A DNA stretch of 64,000 nucleotides, taken from positions 64,001 through 128,000 of the forward strand of contig CAVXEP010000004.1 in the NCBI GenBank assembly GCA_963760795.1. The letters are read 5' to 3'. The translations under genes and the position numbers were made by a program. This document shows, one piece after another, positions 40,759-51,520 of the stretch. Every line of letters starts with the position of its first letter. The stretch's first letter is position 1. The notes under the pieces were generated by a model. That model searched no databases, was not told where the DNA came from, and was given only the letters and a program-made list of their open reading frames with translations. Origin of the DNA: an uncultured delta proteobacterium (lineage in GTDB: Bacteria; Desulfobacterota; Binatia; UBA9968).

Positions 40759-40846
40759 TAGCAGATGTCCATGATGTCGGGCATCGGTTCACGTGATTTT
40801 CGCGGACGGTCAAATCTAACGGATAACCTCCTGAGCGTCAATTGGC

Positions 40847-41284
40847 TTAGCGGTCTTTCGCTGCCAGGACTTGCTGCCCCCTCGGCGCGCGGTCTTTCGC
40901 GCTGCCTAACGACCGCCGGGCGGAAAGCATTAGGCCAAGCGCCGCGCCCAAGACGTTGCAACCAACGTCGGTGGCGGACGGAAATCTGCCGTGTGAGTAA
41001 ATTTGTAAAAACTCGGCCAATGTCGAAAGCAGCGTCGCGCCAACGAGCACCCAGAGCTGCTTTTTTCCAGGCAAAAGAGCGGAGAGAAATCCGCCGGCGA
41101 AATAGCCCAATGGGACAAAAAGCGCGACATTGGCGGCGATGTCCAACCAGTCCAACCGATGGCCGTAGAATGGTACCCACTGAACCCGACCCCAATGGGA
41201 ATGACCGACGAAATTGGACCAAGGCAACAGAGTCGCCGCCAGTACCGCGGCAATCGATGCGAGCAAGCCGCTGAAGCTCATCAC
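40847..41284 (-). CDS. VanZ family protein
   Basis: D..ANVALFVPLG, EFLQ, R.PSATDV..N.LG. Confidence 0.85.
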   Translation of the reverse strand: MMSFSGLLASIAAVLAATLLPWSNFVGHSHWGRVQWVPFYGHRLDWLDIAANVALFVPLGYFAGGFLSALLPGKKQLWVLVGATLLSTLAEFLQIYSHGRFPSATDVGCNVLGAALGLMLSARRSLGSAKDRAPRGQQVLAAKDR

Positions 41285-42021
41285 GAATTTTCTCGCCAGT
41301 CACGCGCGTTCAACGCCTGGCCGGTAACCCGTCGCGATTCATCCGATGCCAGGTAGATGAAAATAGGCAGAACCGATTCCGCCGTCGGCAGCGTCGACGG
41401 ATCTTCTTGCGGATATGCCGCCGCTCTCATGCCGGTTCGCGTTGGCGCCGGATTGACCGAATTCACTCTAATCCCGCTAGCTTTAACTTCATCCGCGAGC
41501 ACCTGGGTAAATCCCTCCAAGCCGGCTTTCGCGACCGCATAGGCGCCCCAACGCGCCTTGCCAAGCCGTGCAACGCCGGAAGTCAGGTTAATGATCGAGC
41601 CGCCCCGGCGCGCTAACATCCCCGGCAAAACTTCGCGGGTAATAAAAAACTGCCCATTGAGATTGATCCGCAAGACTTCCTCCCACTCGGCGATCGGATA
41701 ATCGGCGATCGCCACCCGCGGTCCGAGGATGCCGGCGTTGTTGACCAAAATATCGATGGCGGCGAATTTCGCCAGCGCGGCAGCGACGATGCGCCGCACG
41801 TGCCTAGCGTTGCCGATATCGCCCGGGGCACCAGCGATCTCGCCACCGGCTTTTTGAATCTCCGCCACCGTGCGATCAATGGCTGCCGGGTTGCGCGCGC
41901 AGATAAACACTTGGGCACCTTGATCCGCATAGGCCGCGGCGATGGCACGGCCGATACCACGGCTGCCGCCGGTGATCAGCGCGACCTTGCCGAGGAGTTT
42001 TTTATTGCCGCTGCTTGCCAT
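41281..42021 (-). CDS. Short-chain dehydrogenase/reductase (YciK-like)
   Basis: TGGSRGIG, NNAG, WGAYAVAK, RT.MRAAAYP.ED. Confidence 0.9.
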   Translation of the reverse strand: MASSGNKKLLGKVALITGGSRGIGRAIAAAYADQGAQVFICARNPAAIDRTVAEIQKAGGEIAGAPGDIGNARHVRRIVAAALAKFAAIDILVNNAGILGPRVAIADYPIAEWEEVLRINLNGQFFITREVLPGMLARRGGSIINLTSGVARLGKARWGAYAVAKAGLEGFTQVLADEVKASGIRVNSVNPAPTRTGMRAAAYPQEDPSTLPTAESVLPIFIYLASDESRRVTGQALNARDWRENS

Positions 42022-42053
42022 CGTTTCGTCGCTATAACATAGTTGAAGAGTTC

Positions 42054-43064
42054 ATGACATCGTGGCAACCGCACCAGCGACTCCTCCTCTACCTGTTGCT
42101 CGCACTCGCCCTCGCTTGCGTCATCAGCCCTGTCCTATCCCTGGGCGCCGACTGGTTCATGACCCAGTGGCCGGCGCTAATGCCGCAGCGCATTCCGTTC
42201 CATCGCACCTTCGATCGCGCCTTCATGATTTCCGGTATCCTGCTGTTCATCGTTGGCCGGCGCGCGCTGATTCCCGCGCAGTTGAAAGAGCTGTGGCGGG
42301 TCGGCGCTGCTACCGCGCGACGAGATTTCGCCGCCGGCCTCGGCTTGGCGTTGGCTTCAATGCTCTTGGTCGTCGCCGCGATGACCGCGGCCGAAGTCTT
42401 TACGCCGTTCTTTCGGCTGACAAGATCGGTCGCCATCGGACGAGTTGCCAGCGCCGCGGCGGCGGGAATATTTGCCGGCGTGTTCGAGGAAATATTTTTT
42501 CGCGGCATCTTGTTCATGGGACTACGCGCCCATAGCTACAAGGTCCGCGCTTATCTCCTGGCCAACTTATTTTATGCCGCGCTCCATTTCGTCAGACCGG
42601 GCGATGCCTACTTTCTCGACAGCCTCGACCTCGGCGCCGGCTTCCGCCATTTGGGGTACACCTTCACGCCATTTCTCGACCCGCTGTCATTGCTGCCCGG
42701 CCTGATCGGACTGCTACTCGTCGGCGCCGTATTATCATTTGCCGTGGAGCGCGCCGGCAATTTGTATCTCGCCATCGGCTTGCACGCAGGATGGGTGTTT
42801 AGCTTAAAAACTTTACGTGTCTTCGGCGACTTCCAACGCGATGGATTAGGCTGGCTCTTCGGCTCCAGCGATCCGAAACTCGTCAGCGGCGTAGCCGCCT
42901 GGGCAGCGATCCTATTGGCCGGCGTAGCGGTATATTACTTGACTAAAAGCCGCGCCGTCCGGTCAAACGATCTGCCTCGCGCAGCAGCGGCCTTATCTTC
43001 TCGGCGATACGCTGCCCCATCAAGCGATAGCCCGCGCCGTTGGGATGGATCGGATCGCTTTTGA
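42054..43064 (+). CDS. CPBP (Abi/CAAX) intramembrane metalloprotease
   Basis: EEIFFRG, FYAALH, IGLHAGW. Confidence 0.85.
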   Translation: MTSWQPHQRLLLYLLLALALACVISPVLSLGADWFMTQWPALMPQRIPFHRTFDRAFMISGILLFIVGRRALIPAQLKELWRVGAATARRDFAAGLGLALASMLLVVAAMTAAEVFTPFFRLTRSVAIGRVASAAAAGIFAGVFEEIFFRGILFMGLRAHSYKVRAYLLANLFYAALHFVRPGDAYFLDSLDLGAGFRHLGYTFTPFLDPLSLLPGLIGLLLVGAVLSFAVERAGNLYLAIGLHAGWVFSLKTLRVFGDFQRDGLGWLFGSSDPKLVSGVAAWAAILLAGVAVYYLTKSRAVRSNDLPRAAAALSSRRYAAPSSDSPRRWDGSDRF

Positions 43065-43596
43065 GCTTGGCGTCGGTAAGAATTCCTTGCATCACCTGGG
43101 GCATGTAAAAGGCGCCAAGCTGCTTAGCCGCCTCTTCGTAGATCGGGCTGTATTCATCGGTAAATATCCCAAGCCGCATGCCGGCGATCGCCACCATGGC
43201 GCCTTGAGCCTGTATGCGCCGCACCAGCTCTGCTAAATTTTTCTTCGTCTCCGCGCGTGGCACCTGGCGCAAGAAATCGTTGCCGCCCAATAAAACAATC
43301 ACCAGCCGCGGGTTGCCGTCGAGGACTTCCGATAACCGCGCCAGGGCCAGCGCCGTGGTGTCGCCGCGCCGGCCACGGTTAAGCACCGGAAAGGCCAGTT
43401 CGCGCGACAGCACCGACGGATAGTCTTCGCCGCCATCGGCACCGACGCCTTCGGTCAAGCTGTCGCCCAAGCAGACGATCGCCTCGTTGGTCGATCGCAA
43501 GTTACGCACGCTGTCAAAGCTGTCGCCGCCACAAGCGAGTAACGCGATGGCGACGAAAACGTAAGCGGCGGCGCGCAACACCCTTCGCTTGGTCAT
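42943..43596 (-). CDS. SGNH/GDSL esterase (TesA-like) lipoprotein
   Basis: LLAC lipobox, GDSLT, GGND, DPIHPN..GY. Confidence 0.92.
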   Translation of the reverse strand: MTKRRVLRAAAYVFVAIALLACGGDSFDSVRNLRSTNEAIVCLGDSLTEGVGADGGEDYPSVLSRELAFPVLNRGRRGDTTALALARLSEVLDGNPRLVIVLLGGNDFLRQVPRAETKKNLAELVRRIQAQGAMVAIAGMRLGIFTDEYSPIYEEAAKQLGAFYMPQVMQGILTDAKLKSDPIHPNGAGYRLMGQRIAEKIRPLLREADRLTGRRGF

Positions 43597-43639
43597 GGCC
43601 GGGACAGTCTTCGCCGAATCGCGGAAGCCGCGCAAAGCG

Positions 43640-45031
43640 TCATAATTTAAGCAACAGATCGCTCAGCTCTCGGGTCAAGGATAACTGTTCCAAATGCTGC
43701 ACCGCGTCGAGAACTTTTTCGACTCGGTCCATCGGTAGTGCCAGCTTGGCGTTGGCGCGGAACTTCGCCTCGATGTCGGAGGGCGGCAGCGGGTCTTCAA
43801 AACCGCCGCGCGGATGGGGCTGGTTCTCTTCGAGCACAGTGCCATCGTCGAGAAAGACTTTGACATGGCCGGAAAAATGGCGCGGGTAGTCGATGGTCGG
43901 ATCGAGTTCGTAGCGTACTTTAGCCGCGAGACGCAGGACTCCGGCGTCGTGAATCGCTTCGTCGGTAAACTCCTCCAAGCCGGCTCGCCCGTGCACTAAC
44001 ATCACCGCGATGCTGTAGGGCAGACTGAACTTGGCGCCATAGGAACTGATCGGCTGCCGTTTGTCAGCCAGCGGCTCCCACAGCCGATGCACCGGTCCTT
44101 CCGCGGTGCGGCACACGACTTCTCTTATCCGCTCCGGCGCCGGCCCATGCTGCTGTTTAATCTTGAGGGCGCAATCCATGTAGGGATGGGAGATCGAACC
44201 GCAGGGATAAGATTTAAAAGTCAGCTTGGGAATCTCCCAGACTTTGCCGAGCTCGGTTATTTTCTCATAGCGATAATCGTTCTTGCCGCCGAAGGTCGGG
44301 AAAAAACCGTTGGTGCCTTCGAAAACTTTCGCCGGTCCGCGAAAGCCTTCCTGGGCCAAGAGCGTCGCGATGACGCCGCCATGGGCGGACCAACCCGGGT
44401 GCAAACGCTTGGTCCAGGTACCGTCGGCCAAGTACTCGATAATGCCCGAGCTCTGGCTGCCGCATAGTCCGAAGGCATCGATCCATTGCGGCAGGCTGAG
44501 GCCGTAGAGCCGGCCCGCCGCTGCCGCGGCGCCAAAAGTCGAGCAGATCGCCGTCGGATGAAAACCGCGGGCGTGAAATTTTCCCGGCGCCACCAGACCG
44601 ATTTTACACAGCACCTCGGTACCGACGATGGCTGCTGCCAACAACGCCGCACCGCTAGCCGCGGTTTCTTCCGCCACCGCGAAGGCGGTCATCCAGGCGC
44701 AAGCACCGGTGTGGACGATCGCCTCTTCCAAGGTGTCGTCGTAATCCAGGCCATGGGCCAGGGTGCCGTTGGCGATCACCGCATTGGCCGCCGCCACCCG
44801 GTGCGGCGAACCGATAATCGCGCTATCGCCCGGGCCGCCGAGTTTCTTGGCCACCTGGGTGACCATCGCGCCGAAATCCATGGTCGAGGACGCCAGCGCG
44901 ACGCCGAGAGTATCGAGAAACACCAGCTTGGCTTTCTCGATCACCGCCGGCGGCACATCGACAAGCTTCAAGTCGCCGGCAAATTTACCGATCTGTGCAG
45001 AATATGAATCCACGCGGGCGAATCTCCTCAT
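43640..45031 (-). CDS. MmgE/PrpD family protein
   Basis: NGTLAHGLDYDD, GFHPT, KRLHPG, KSYPC, AKFSLPY; start uncertain. Confidence 0.92.
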   Translation of the reverse strand: MRRFARVDSYSAQIGKFAGDLKLVDVPPAVIEKAKLVFLDTLGVALASSTMDFGAMVTQVAKKLGGPGDSAIIGSPHRVAAANAVIANGTLAHGLDYDDTLEEAIVHTGACAWMTAFAVAEETAASGAALLAAAIVGTEVLCKIGLVAPGKFHARGFHPTAICSTFGAAAAAGRLYGLSLPQWIDAFGLCGSQSSGIIEYLADGTWTKRLHPGWSAHGGVIATLLAQEGFRGPAKVFEGTNGFFPTFGGKNDYRYEKITELGKVWEIPKLTFKSYPCGSISHPYMDCALKIKQQHGPAPERIREVVCRTAEGPVHRLWEPLADKRQPISSYGAKFSLPYSIAVMLVHGRAGLEEFTDEAIHDAGVLRLAAKVRYELDPTIDYPRHFSGHVKVFLDDGTVLEENQPHPRGGFEDPLPPSDIEAKFRANAKLALPMDRVEKVLDAVQHLEQLSLTRELSDLLLKL

Positions 45032-45115
45032 TACGCTTTACAGCGCTTTTTCTACCATGCTACTTTCGAGCGAAGCTACACTTCGACCATCGCACGCGCA
45101 ACCTGGGAGATTCAA

Positions 45116-45953
45116 ATGGAATGGCACAGCATCCTGATCGGGCCGCTCACTCTCGCCCTCGGCGTCTTGCTTCTGCTCATCTGCTTAGCGGGATTTCTCT
45201 GGTTGACCGGCAAGCTCGAAGGCTACGATCCGATCAATGAATTGCTCATGCGCGACAACGCGGCGCTTGGGCTTCGCTATGGCCTCTTTGCTCATCGCCG
45301 TGGTTTTCTCCCTGCTGGGAATTTTTGACCGTGGCCAAGGCGACTCAGGCGCGGCGGATTTCTCAGTCCATGCAATTTTGGCAACCTTGCTTATTTACAT
45401 TTCCCGTTTCTTAAACGACTGGTTCATCCTCTATCATTTCAGCAACAACCGCGAAGTGATAGAGGAGAAAAATGTCGCCGTCGCGCTCGTCGAAGGCGCC
45501 ACCTACATGGCCAGCGCCTATGTGATCGGCGGCGCGTTTTACGACTGGGAAAGCGGGCTGTTGACGGCGCTCCTATGGTTTATCATCGGCCAACTATTAT
45601 TGGTATTTCTCGCCCTGCTCTACCGCGCCGTGGCGCACGGCGCCGACAAAGCCCTCGACGATCAGAATCTCGCCGTCGGCATTTCACTGGGCGCGTTTCT
45701 TCTCGCCGGCGGCATGATTTGCGGCACGGTGATCAGCGGCCCTTCCGCCGGCTGGCGCAATGACTTGCTCATCGTCGCCGCCTATCTCGCCACCTGGATC
45801 GTCACCATGCTGGCGGCTCATTGGCTCTCCGACCGGCTGGTGTTTCGCACCGCGCGCATGGCCGACGAAGTTACCGAGCAGCGCAACATCGCCGCCGCCC
45901 TGTTTAAAGCGGTGATCTTTATTTCGGTAACGTTAGGCTTCACCCACGGATGA
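45116..45953 (+). CDS. DUF350-type membrane protein, +1 frameshift near 45291
   Basis: Repeated N.A.A/G segments (DNAALG, KNVAVA, QNLAVG, RNIAAA) between TM helices. Confidence 0.75.
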
Positions 45954-45959
45954 TTCGCG

Positions 45960-46316
45960 ATGAAGAAATCCGCCAAGGTCACCGTTGCGTTTCTGTCATC
46001 CGTCGCCAGCGCATTCATGAACGGCTGCGGCGACGACGGCGACTGGGTCGAAGCCAAACGCTGCGTCAATAACAGCAACGTCGTCGTCGAGGACAGTTGG
46101 TGCGAAGATCCCGCGCGCAGCTCGGGCCGCACCGGCGCTGGTTATCATTCCTACTACTACGGCGGCCGCGGATACTACCCCGGCGACGTCGTTAGCGGCG
46201 GCGGTCATGTGCCGCAGAGCGGCGTCAACTACCGAAGCGCTAGCCAGGTGCCGCGCGGCGGCTTCGGCGCCACCGGGAAGGCATTCGTCAGCCACGGCGG
46301 TTCCATCAGCAGTTAG
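45960..46316 (+). CDS. YgiB/DUF1190-like Gly-rich putative lipoprotein
   Basis: MNGC after a hydrophobic leader, Cys pair, YYYGG, C-terminal RGGFGATG. Confidence 0.7.
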   Translation: MKKSAKVTVAFLSSVASAFMNGCGDDGDWVEAKRCVNNSNVVVEDSWCEDPARSSGRTGAGYHSYYYGGRGYYPGDVVSGGGHVPQSGVNYRSASQVPRGGFGATGKAFVSHGGSISS

Positions 46317-46336
46317 CTATTTGCCAATACGGATGT

Positions 46337-46416
46337 TCACCACGAAGGCACGAAGGACACGAAGGTTTCAGATATATAAATTTCCGAACTTCGCGATCTT
46401 CGTGCCTTCGTGGTGA
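46337..46416. repeat. CACGAAG-type inverted element
   Basis: 19-bp perfect arms TCACCACGAAGGCACGAAG / CTTCGTGCCTTCGTGGTGA. Confidence 0.8.
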
Positions 46417-46431
46417 GAGAGAATTTTGCGC

Positions 46432-47574
46432 ATGAAACGAATTAGTACCACACCGCGTCAAGATTGGGAGAAAAAGGTCGAAGAGATCGGCCTGATTTAC
46501 CATCATACCGCGGGGCAACCCTACTGGAACGAGTCGGCGTACTATTCGTTTCGCTCTGCTGAAATCGACCGCATCGAAGTGGCCAGCAACGAACTGCATC
46601 AGATGTGCCTCGAAGCGGCACAGCATGTCATCGACAACAACCGCTTCGGCGAACTTGGCATTCCCGCCGTTGCGGTTCCATTCATCAAGCTAGCCTGGGA
46701 GGACGAACCGCCGGCGCTCTATGGTCGCTTCGACCTCGCCTATGACGGCGAGCAGCTAAAGTTACTGGAATACAATGCCGACACGCCGACCGCGCTGGTC
46801 GAAGCCGCGGTCGCCCAGTGGTACTGGCTGCAAGAGCGTTTCCCCGATCTCGATCAGTTCAATTCCATTCACGAAAAGCTTTTGGCCAAGTGGCAAGAGT
46901 TGAGGCCCTATCTGGCCAATCCCATGCATTTCACTTACCTGCCGCCGCCCGACGTGGAAAACAGCGAAGACCTGATGACGGTAACCTACCTAATGGATTT
47001 GGCTGGCCAGGCCGGTATCGAAGGCTCGCTGGTCACTATTGACGAAATCGGTTGGGACACCGAACGAAGCACGTTTGTCGACCAGGCCGAAAAGCCGATC
47101 CGCAGCATCTTCAAGCTCTACCCCTGGGAGTGGCTATTGCGCGATCGCTTCGCCGAACATTTTTTCGCGTCTTATAACTTGACCCAATGGGTCGAGCCGG
47201 TCTGGAAGATGCTGTTATCGAACAAGGGGATTCTACCGATTCTGTGGGAATTGTTCCCGCATCACGCCAATCTGTTGGAGTGTTATTTCACCGGCCCGAA
47301 GCGTTTAAACAATTACGTCAAAAAGCCGCTGCTGTCACGCGAGGGCGCCAACTTGTCGTTTCACCATGGCGCCGTGGTTGAGGAAACCGGCGGTCCCTAC
47401 GGCGAGGAAGGTTTCATCTATCAAGCCACGGCCCGTATCGCGAACTTCGACGGCGCCTTTCCGATCATCGGCAGTTGGATAATCGACGGCGTCGCCGCAG
47501 GTATCGGCATCCGCGAATCGGACACCCGGGTTACCAACAACTTGAGCGCCTTCGTGCCCCACCTATTCGAGTAG
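46432..47574 (+). CDS. Glutathionylspermidine synthase family ATP-grasp protein (YgiC/YjfC-like)
   Basis: YWNESAYY, GRFDL, LEYNADTPT, QFNSIHE, FKLYPWE, KP..SREG.N, F.PH. Confidence 0.93.
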   Translation: MKRISTTPRQDWEKKVEEIGLIYHHTAGQPYWNESAYYSFRSAEIDRIEVASNELHQMCLEAAQHVIDNNRFGELGIPAVAVPFIKLAWEDEPPALYGRFDLAYDGEQLKLLEYNADTPTALVEAAVAQWYWLQERFPDLDQFNSIHEKLLAKWQELRPYLANPMHFTYLPPPDVENSEDLMTVTYLMDLAGQAGIEGSLVTIDEIGWDTERSTFVDQAEKPIRSIFKLYPWEWLLRDRFAEHFFASYNLTQWVEPVWKMLLSNKGILPILWELFPHHANLLECYFTGPKRLNNYVKKPLLSREGANLSFHHGAVVEETGGPYGEEGFIYQATARIANFDGAFPIIGSWIIDGVAAGIGIRESDTRVTNNLSAFVPHLFE

Positions 47575-47602
47575 CCTAGCCGGCGCCAAATCACGCAACC
47601 CG

Positions 47603-48073
47603 TCATGCCGCCTCAAACAGCGGTTCATGCCGCTTCGGCGCGGGAATCGCCATCACCGGACAAGGCGCATGGGCGATCACTTTCTCCGTGACGCTGCCGA
47701 GCAGTATGTGATCCAGCCCGGTGCGCCCATGGGTCGACATGATCACCAGATCCACCGCTTCACGGCCGGCGAGATCGGCGATGTTCACATGGGCCGCGCC
47801 CAGTTCGACCTTCTGGCGGACCTCGACTAAATTCATCAACGCAGCGAACTTCTCTCGCAGGAATTTGTCCAGGAACTCCGTCTGTTCGGCCATCAAGGTG
47901 CGCACCGGACCGAGATTTTCATGTTTGCCGAACCAGTCGTTACCCATGTCAACGACATGAAGCACGATCAGCTCCGCGCCCGCGTCATGAGCGCTTTCAA
48001 AAGCGCGTTGCAGACCGACACAGGACAAGTCGGAATAATCCGTCGGCGCCAATATCTTTTTTATCTTGCTCAT
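47603..48073 (-). CDS. Universal stress protein
   Basis: ILAPTDYS, MSTHGRTG...LGSVTEKV..APCPV. Confidence 0.92.
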   Translation of the reverse strand: MSKIKKILAPTDYSDLSCVGLQRAFESAHDAGAELIVLHVVDMGNDWFGKHENLGPVRTLMAEQTEFLDKFLREKFAALMNLVEVRQKVELGAAHVNIADLAGREAVDLVIMSTHGRTGLDHILLGSVTEKVIAHAPCPVMAIPAPKRHEPLFEAA

Positions 48074-48126
48074 ATTCTCCTCCTGCGAACTACCACGTTA
48101 GTCAGTCCAGATGCATCCAATGGCGA

Positions 48127-49030
48127 TCACGCGGCGTGAACCACCAGCACCGGCTCCTCCGCATGACGCACCACCTTCTCGGTGACGCTGCCGAGCGCCC
48201 AACGTGCCGCTCCGGATCTGCCATGGGTAGACATCGCCACCAGCGCATCAGGCAGCTTATTGGCGTAACGCACGATCTCCTCGGCGTCGGATCCCGCCAA
48301 CGCCGCCCACGTTACTTTGGTTAGCCCCGACGCCCTAAGCGCTTCCGTCTTTTTCTTGAGATACCCTTCCACGTCTTCCCTCAGGTCGCGCAGCATCTCG
48401 TCATAGTTGGGCAGATAGTCTTCGCTGCCGTAATACGCCGCTGCCGCGAGTTCATAGGCGCGACAGAGAACGATCTCGAGGTCGAGCTGTTTAGCGACTT
48501 CACACACCGTGGGCAACACCGACTCCGCTAACTCAGATCCGTCGAGGGGCACGACGATGGATTTGATGGCGGCCGGCGGCGCCGCCGGCGCCGCTTCACT
48601 GGCGCGCACGAGAAATAACGGCGTGGTCGTGCCGCGCAGCACCTTTTCCGCCACGCTGCCCATCATCCAGCGGTTGATGCCCGAGCGGCCATGGGTCGCC
48701 ATGGCGATCAGTGTGCCTTTCTCCGCCTCAGCTCTTTCAATGATCACATCAGCTGGCCGGCCTCTTTCCACCTTGCAACTCACAGGTAAACCGCCAAACG
48801 TCGCGGCGATTTCGTCCAAATGCTCCCGGCTCGCGCTTTCGCCCTCGGCGATGATCGTGTCCAGATAGCGCGCCTTGTCAGCTGCGATATGCGCCGTCGC
48901 TGCGCCGATGTCGACGACTTCCAGGAGTTCAATGGGCAGCTTCAGTGTACCGGCCAAGATGCGCGCAAACGGCAGATACTCGTTCGGCAGTCTTCGAACC
49001 ATCCAGCGGGATCAATAACCTTGAATACAT
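48127..49030 (-). CDS. Tandem-domain universal stress protein, +1 frameshift near 48977
   Basis: MYSRLLIPLDGS from ATG 49030; two THGRSG...GSV.EKV motifs. Confidence 0.85.
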
Positions 49031-49311
49031 TGCCAGCCCCTTTTCGCATAAGCTTCTCAACTGGATGACGGCGCAACTAGCATGCCAGCGGCCAGACCTG
49101 AGAACACGGGTGTAATCGGGCGAGTGTTTTTCAAAGATGGGAAAACATCGAGTTAATTCTCGCAGGAATGGGAACGGTAGGAGCCTCAATCCGAACCGCG
49201 AGGCGGTCGGCTGGCCGCCTTGAAGACAACGGGCTACACCCTCATTCCCGCTCAGGCGGAATTCAGGTGTGTGCCGTTGAAATATCTCGGCGACAGGCTC
49301 GCGAGAGCCGT

Positions 49312-50072
49312 TCATGCTACTTTCGGCGCTACCTGTTCCATGAAACGCCGCATCGAGACACGAGCTTGTGAGTCGCTTAATCCGCCCAATGCGAAGTTGC
49401 CTGCCAGATCAGTCAAGCAGAACCGTCGCGCACATAGGCCACATGGTCGCGTACTTCTTCGGCGCTGTGAGCCGCTTCATAGCCGCTCGATGCTTATCAT
49501 GGCTGCGATACGACTCAGGATCGGCCATGCCGGGAGTCAGACTGTGAGCGACCTGCGCCGCCGAATGATACTCGTGCAGTCCATGTGCCGCCGCCGCGCG
49601 CGCCTCGGCGGAATTTTCACCGACGTACGCGTGATAGACGCCGAGCACTCGCGCCGTCGCCTGATCATATCCCGCCAGCCCGCCGAGCAGCGAAGTACGC
49701 CTGCATTTCCCCGCGCAGCTCTTCGACCTCGTTTAGAAACGGGATCAGCATCATGTGAAATCCCTGTGCGCCCGAGTATTCGAAAGACTCCACCGAGGTC
49801 GTCGCCGCCATCCACACGGTGGGGTGCGGCTCTTGCACCGGCCGCGGCAAGACTTCCACCCCATGAAAATTGTAAAAGTGCCCCTGATGATCGAGCTTCG
49901 GCTCACGCCACGCCTTCAGCACGATGGCGAGATTCTCTTTGAAGCGGTCGCGCAATTCGTCTAGCAGGATACCGCCATACGCGGCCTGATCGATCATAGT
50001 ACGAAAGCGCATGGCGCCTTCGCCACGCGCGGCGGGCAACGACGAGGGTAGATAAAAAAGTCCGTAGCTCAT
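49312..50072 (-). pseudogene. Decayed LLM-class oxidoreductase
   Basis: PRPVQEPHP.VW and SMRRFMEQVAP present; EH and LD.LS.GR regions missing; several frameshifts. Confidence 0.8.
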
Positions 50073-50326
50073 GGCCGGACCTTATGTCAGCGCGCTGGTG
50101 ATGACAAGATGAAATCCACTGGGGATAAAAGTTGACTTAATGCTAACTTATCTGATACAGGCCGGTACAATCTGTTGTCGTAACCGGGGAACGGCTTTTG
50201 CAGTGAGAATCTGTCCTGCGCATGCTCGGTCGGGCGCTCGGCTGTATTACCGCCACCGCGCTCTGGAAAATAAATTTCGATCGCTTTGTTCCGCTTGCGA
50301 GCGGCACACATGAAAGGAGAAATGCC

Positions 50327-51274
50327 ATGCAGAGATCCGTGGGCGTTTTGGGGTTCCTCTTTCTTGCCACTGCGCTGGCAGGAACTGTGTCCGCGGCCGA
50401 TCTCAAGTTAATGACCGGACCGCAGGGCGGCGCCTGGGTGCCTCTGGGCGGCCAGCTCAAGGACATGTGGGAAAAGGCGATTGCGAATACATCGGTACAG
50501 GCGCTGCCGGGCGCCGGCATCGCCAACGTGCGCGGCATCGAGGAAGGCAAGACCGATGTCGGCTTCGGCAATTCGATTTCGACCGTCGATGCGATCGCCG
50601 GCAAGCCGCCGTTCCCTAAGCCGCACGCCAACGTTTGCAACGTCGCGACGCTTTATCCGCAATATTTCCAGGTGGTCGTGCGCGCCGATGCCGGCGTCAA
50701 CGCGATCAAGGACTTCAAGGGCAAGGCGATTGCCGCCCAGCCGCGCGGCAACACCGCCGAGGAGATCACCAAGCAGCTCTTGCAGGTAAACGGTCTCACC
50801 TACAACGACGTCAAGATGAGCTTCGTGTCCTATACCGATGCCGTCACTCAAGTGCAGGATGGGCATGCGGTCGCTTTCACCGCCGGGACGACCATTCCCT
50901 CCAGCGCCGTGATGGACCTTGCTAGTTCGCGGGAGGTGAAGCTGATCGATCTCGCCAATCAGCTTGAGGCGATGAAGAAGCTCAATCCCGGCTACACGCT
51001 CAATACCATTCCCAAGGGCACCTATCCGAAGCAGGACAAGGACGTGCAGGTGATCGGCTATGCGACCCACATCGTCGCCTCCTGCAAACTGCCCGAAGAC
51101 ACGGTCTACGGCATGACGAAGACCATCGCGCAAAACACCCAACTGCTCTCCGCCATCGTCAAAGACATCAGGGGACTCACCGCGAAGGGAATGGCCGAGG
51201 ACATCGGCGTGCCGTTCCACCCTGGCGCGGCCAAGTTTTACAAAGAAGCCGGCGTCACCGTGAAGGTGAGATAG
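50327..51274 (+). CDS. TAXI-family TRAP transporter solute receptor
   Basis: AGGAG RBS; signal peptide; TGPQGG.W...G, LYP, PFHPGAAKFYKE. Confidence 0.92.
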   Translation: MQRSVGVLGFLFLATALAGTVSAADLKLMTGPQGGAWVPLGGQLKDMWEKAIANTSVQALPGAGIANVRGIEEGKTDVGFGNSISTVDAIAGKPPFPKPHANVCNVATLYPQYFQVVVRADAGVNAIKDFKGKAIAAQPRGNTAEEITKQLLQVNGLTYNDVKMSFVSYTDAVTQVQDGHAVAFTAGTTIPSSAVMDLASSREVKLIDLANQLEAMKKLNPGYTLNTIPKGTYPKQDKDVQVIGYATHIVASCKLPEDTVYGMTKTIAQNTQLLSAIVKDIRGLTAKGMAEDIGVPFHPGAAKFYKEAGVTVKVR

Positions 51275-51388
51275 CCCGACCGGCGACGCCGACGCGCTCC
51301 CGCGCGTTTGCGCACTGCGACGATGCCCGGTCGTGGGATCTACGTCAACGTCAGTTTCACGTGAGTGAATTGATCTCAAGAGTTATCC

Positions 51389-51466
51389 AAAAATCCCCCT
51401 TCCCCCCTTTTCCAAAGTGGGGAATTGAAAGTCTCCCTTTGTAAAGGGAGATTTAGAGGGATTTTT
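51389..51466. repeat. CCCTTT..AAAGGG inverted pair
   Basis: AAAAATCCCCCTTCCCCCCTTTTCCAAAG ... TCTCCCTTTGTAAAGGGAGATTTAGAGGGATTTTT. Confidence 0.75.
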
Positions 51467-51520
51467 GATTCGGCTCACGACGACTTTGACGGGACCCTGA
51501 GGGAGAATCGGATAGCTCAG

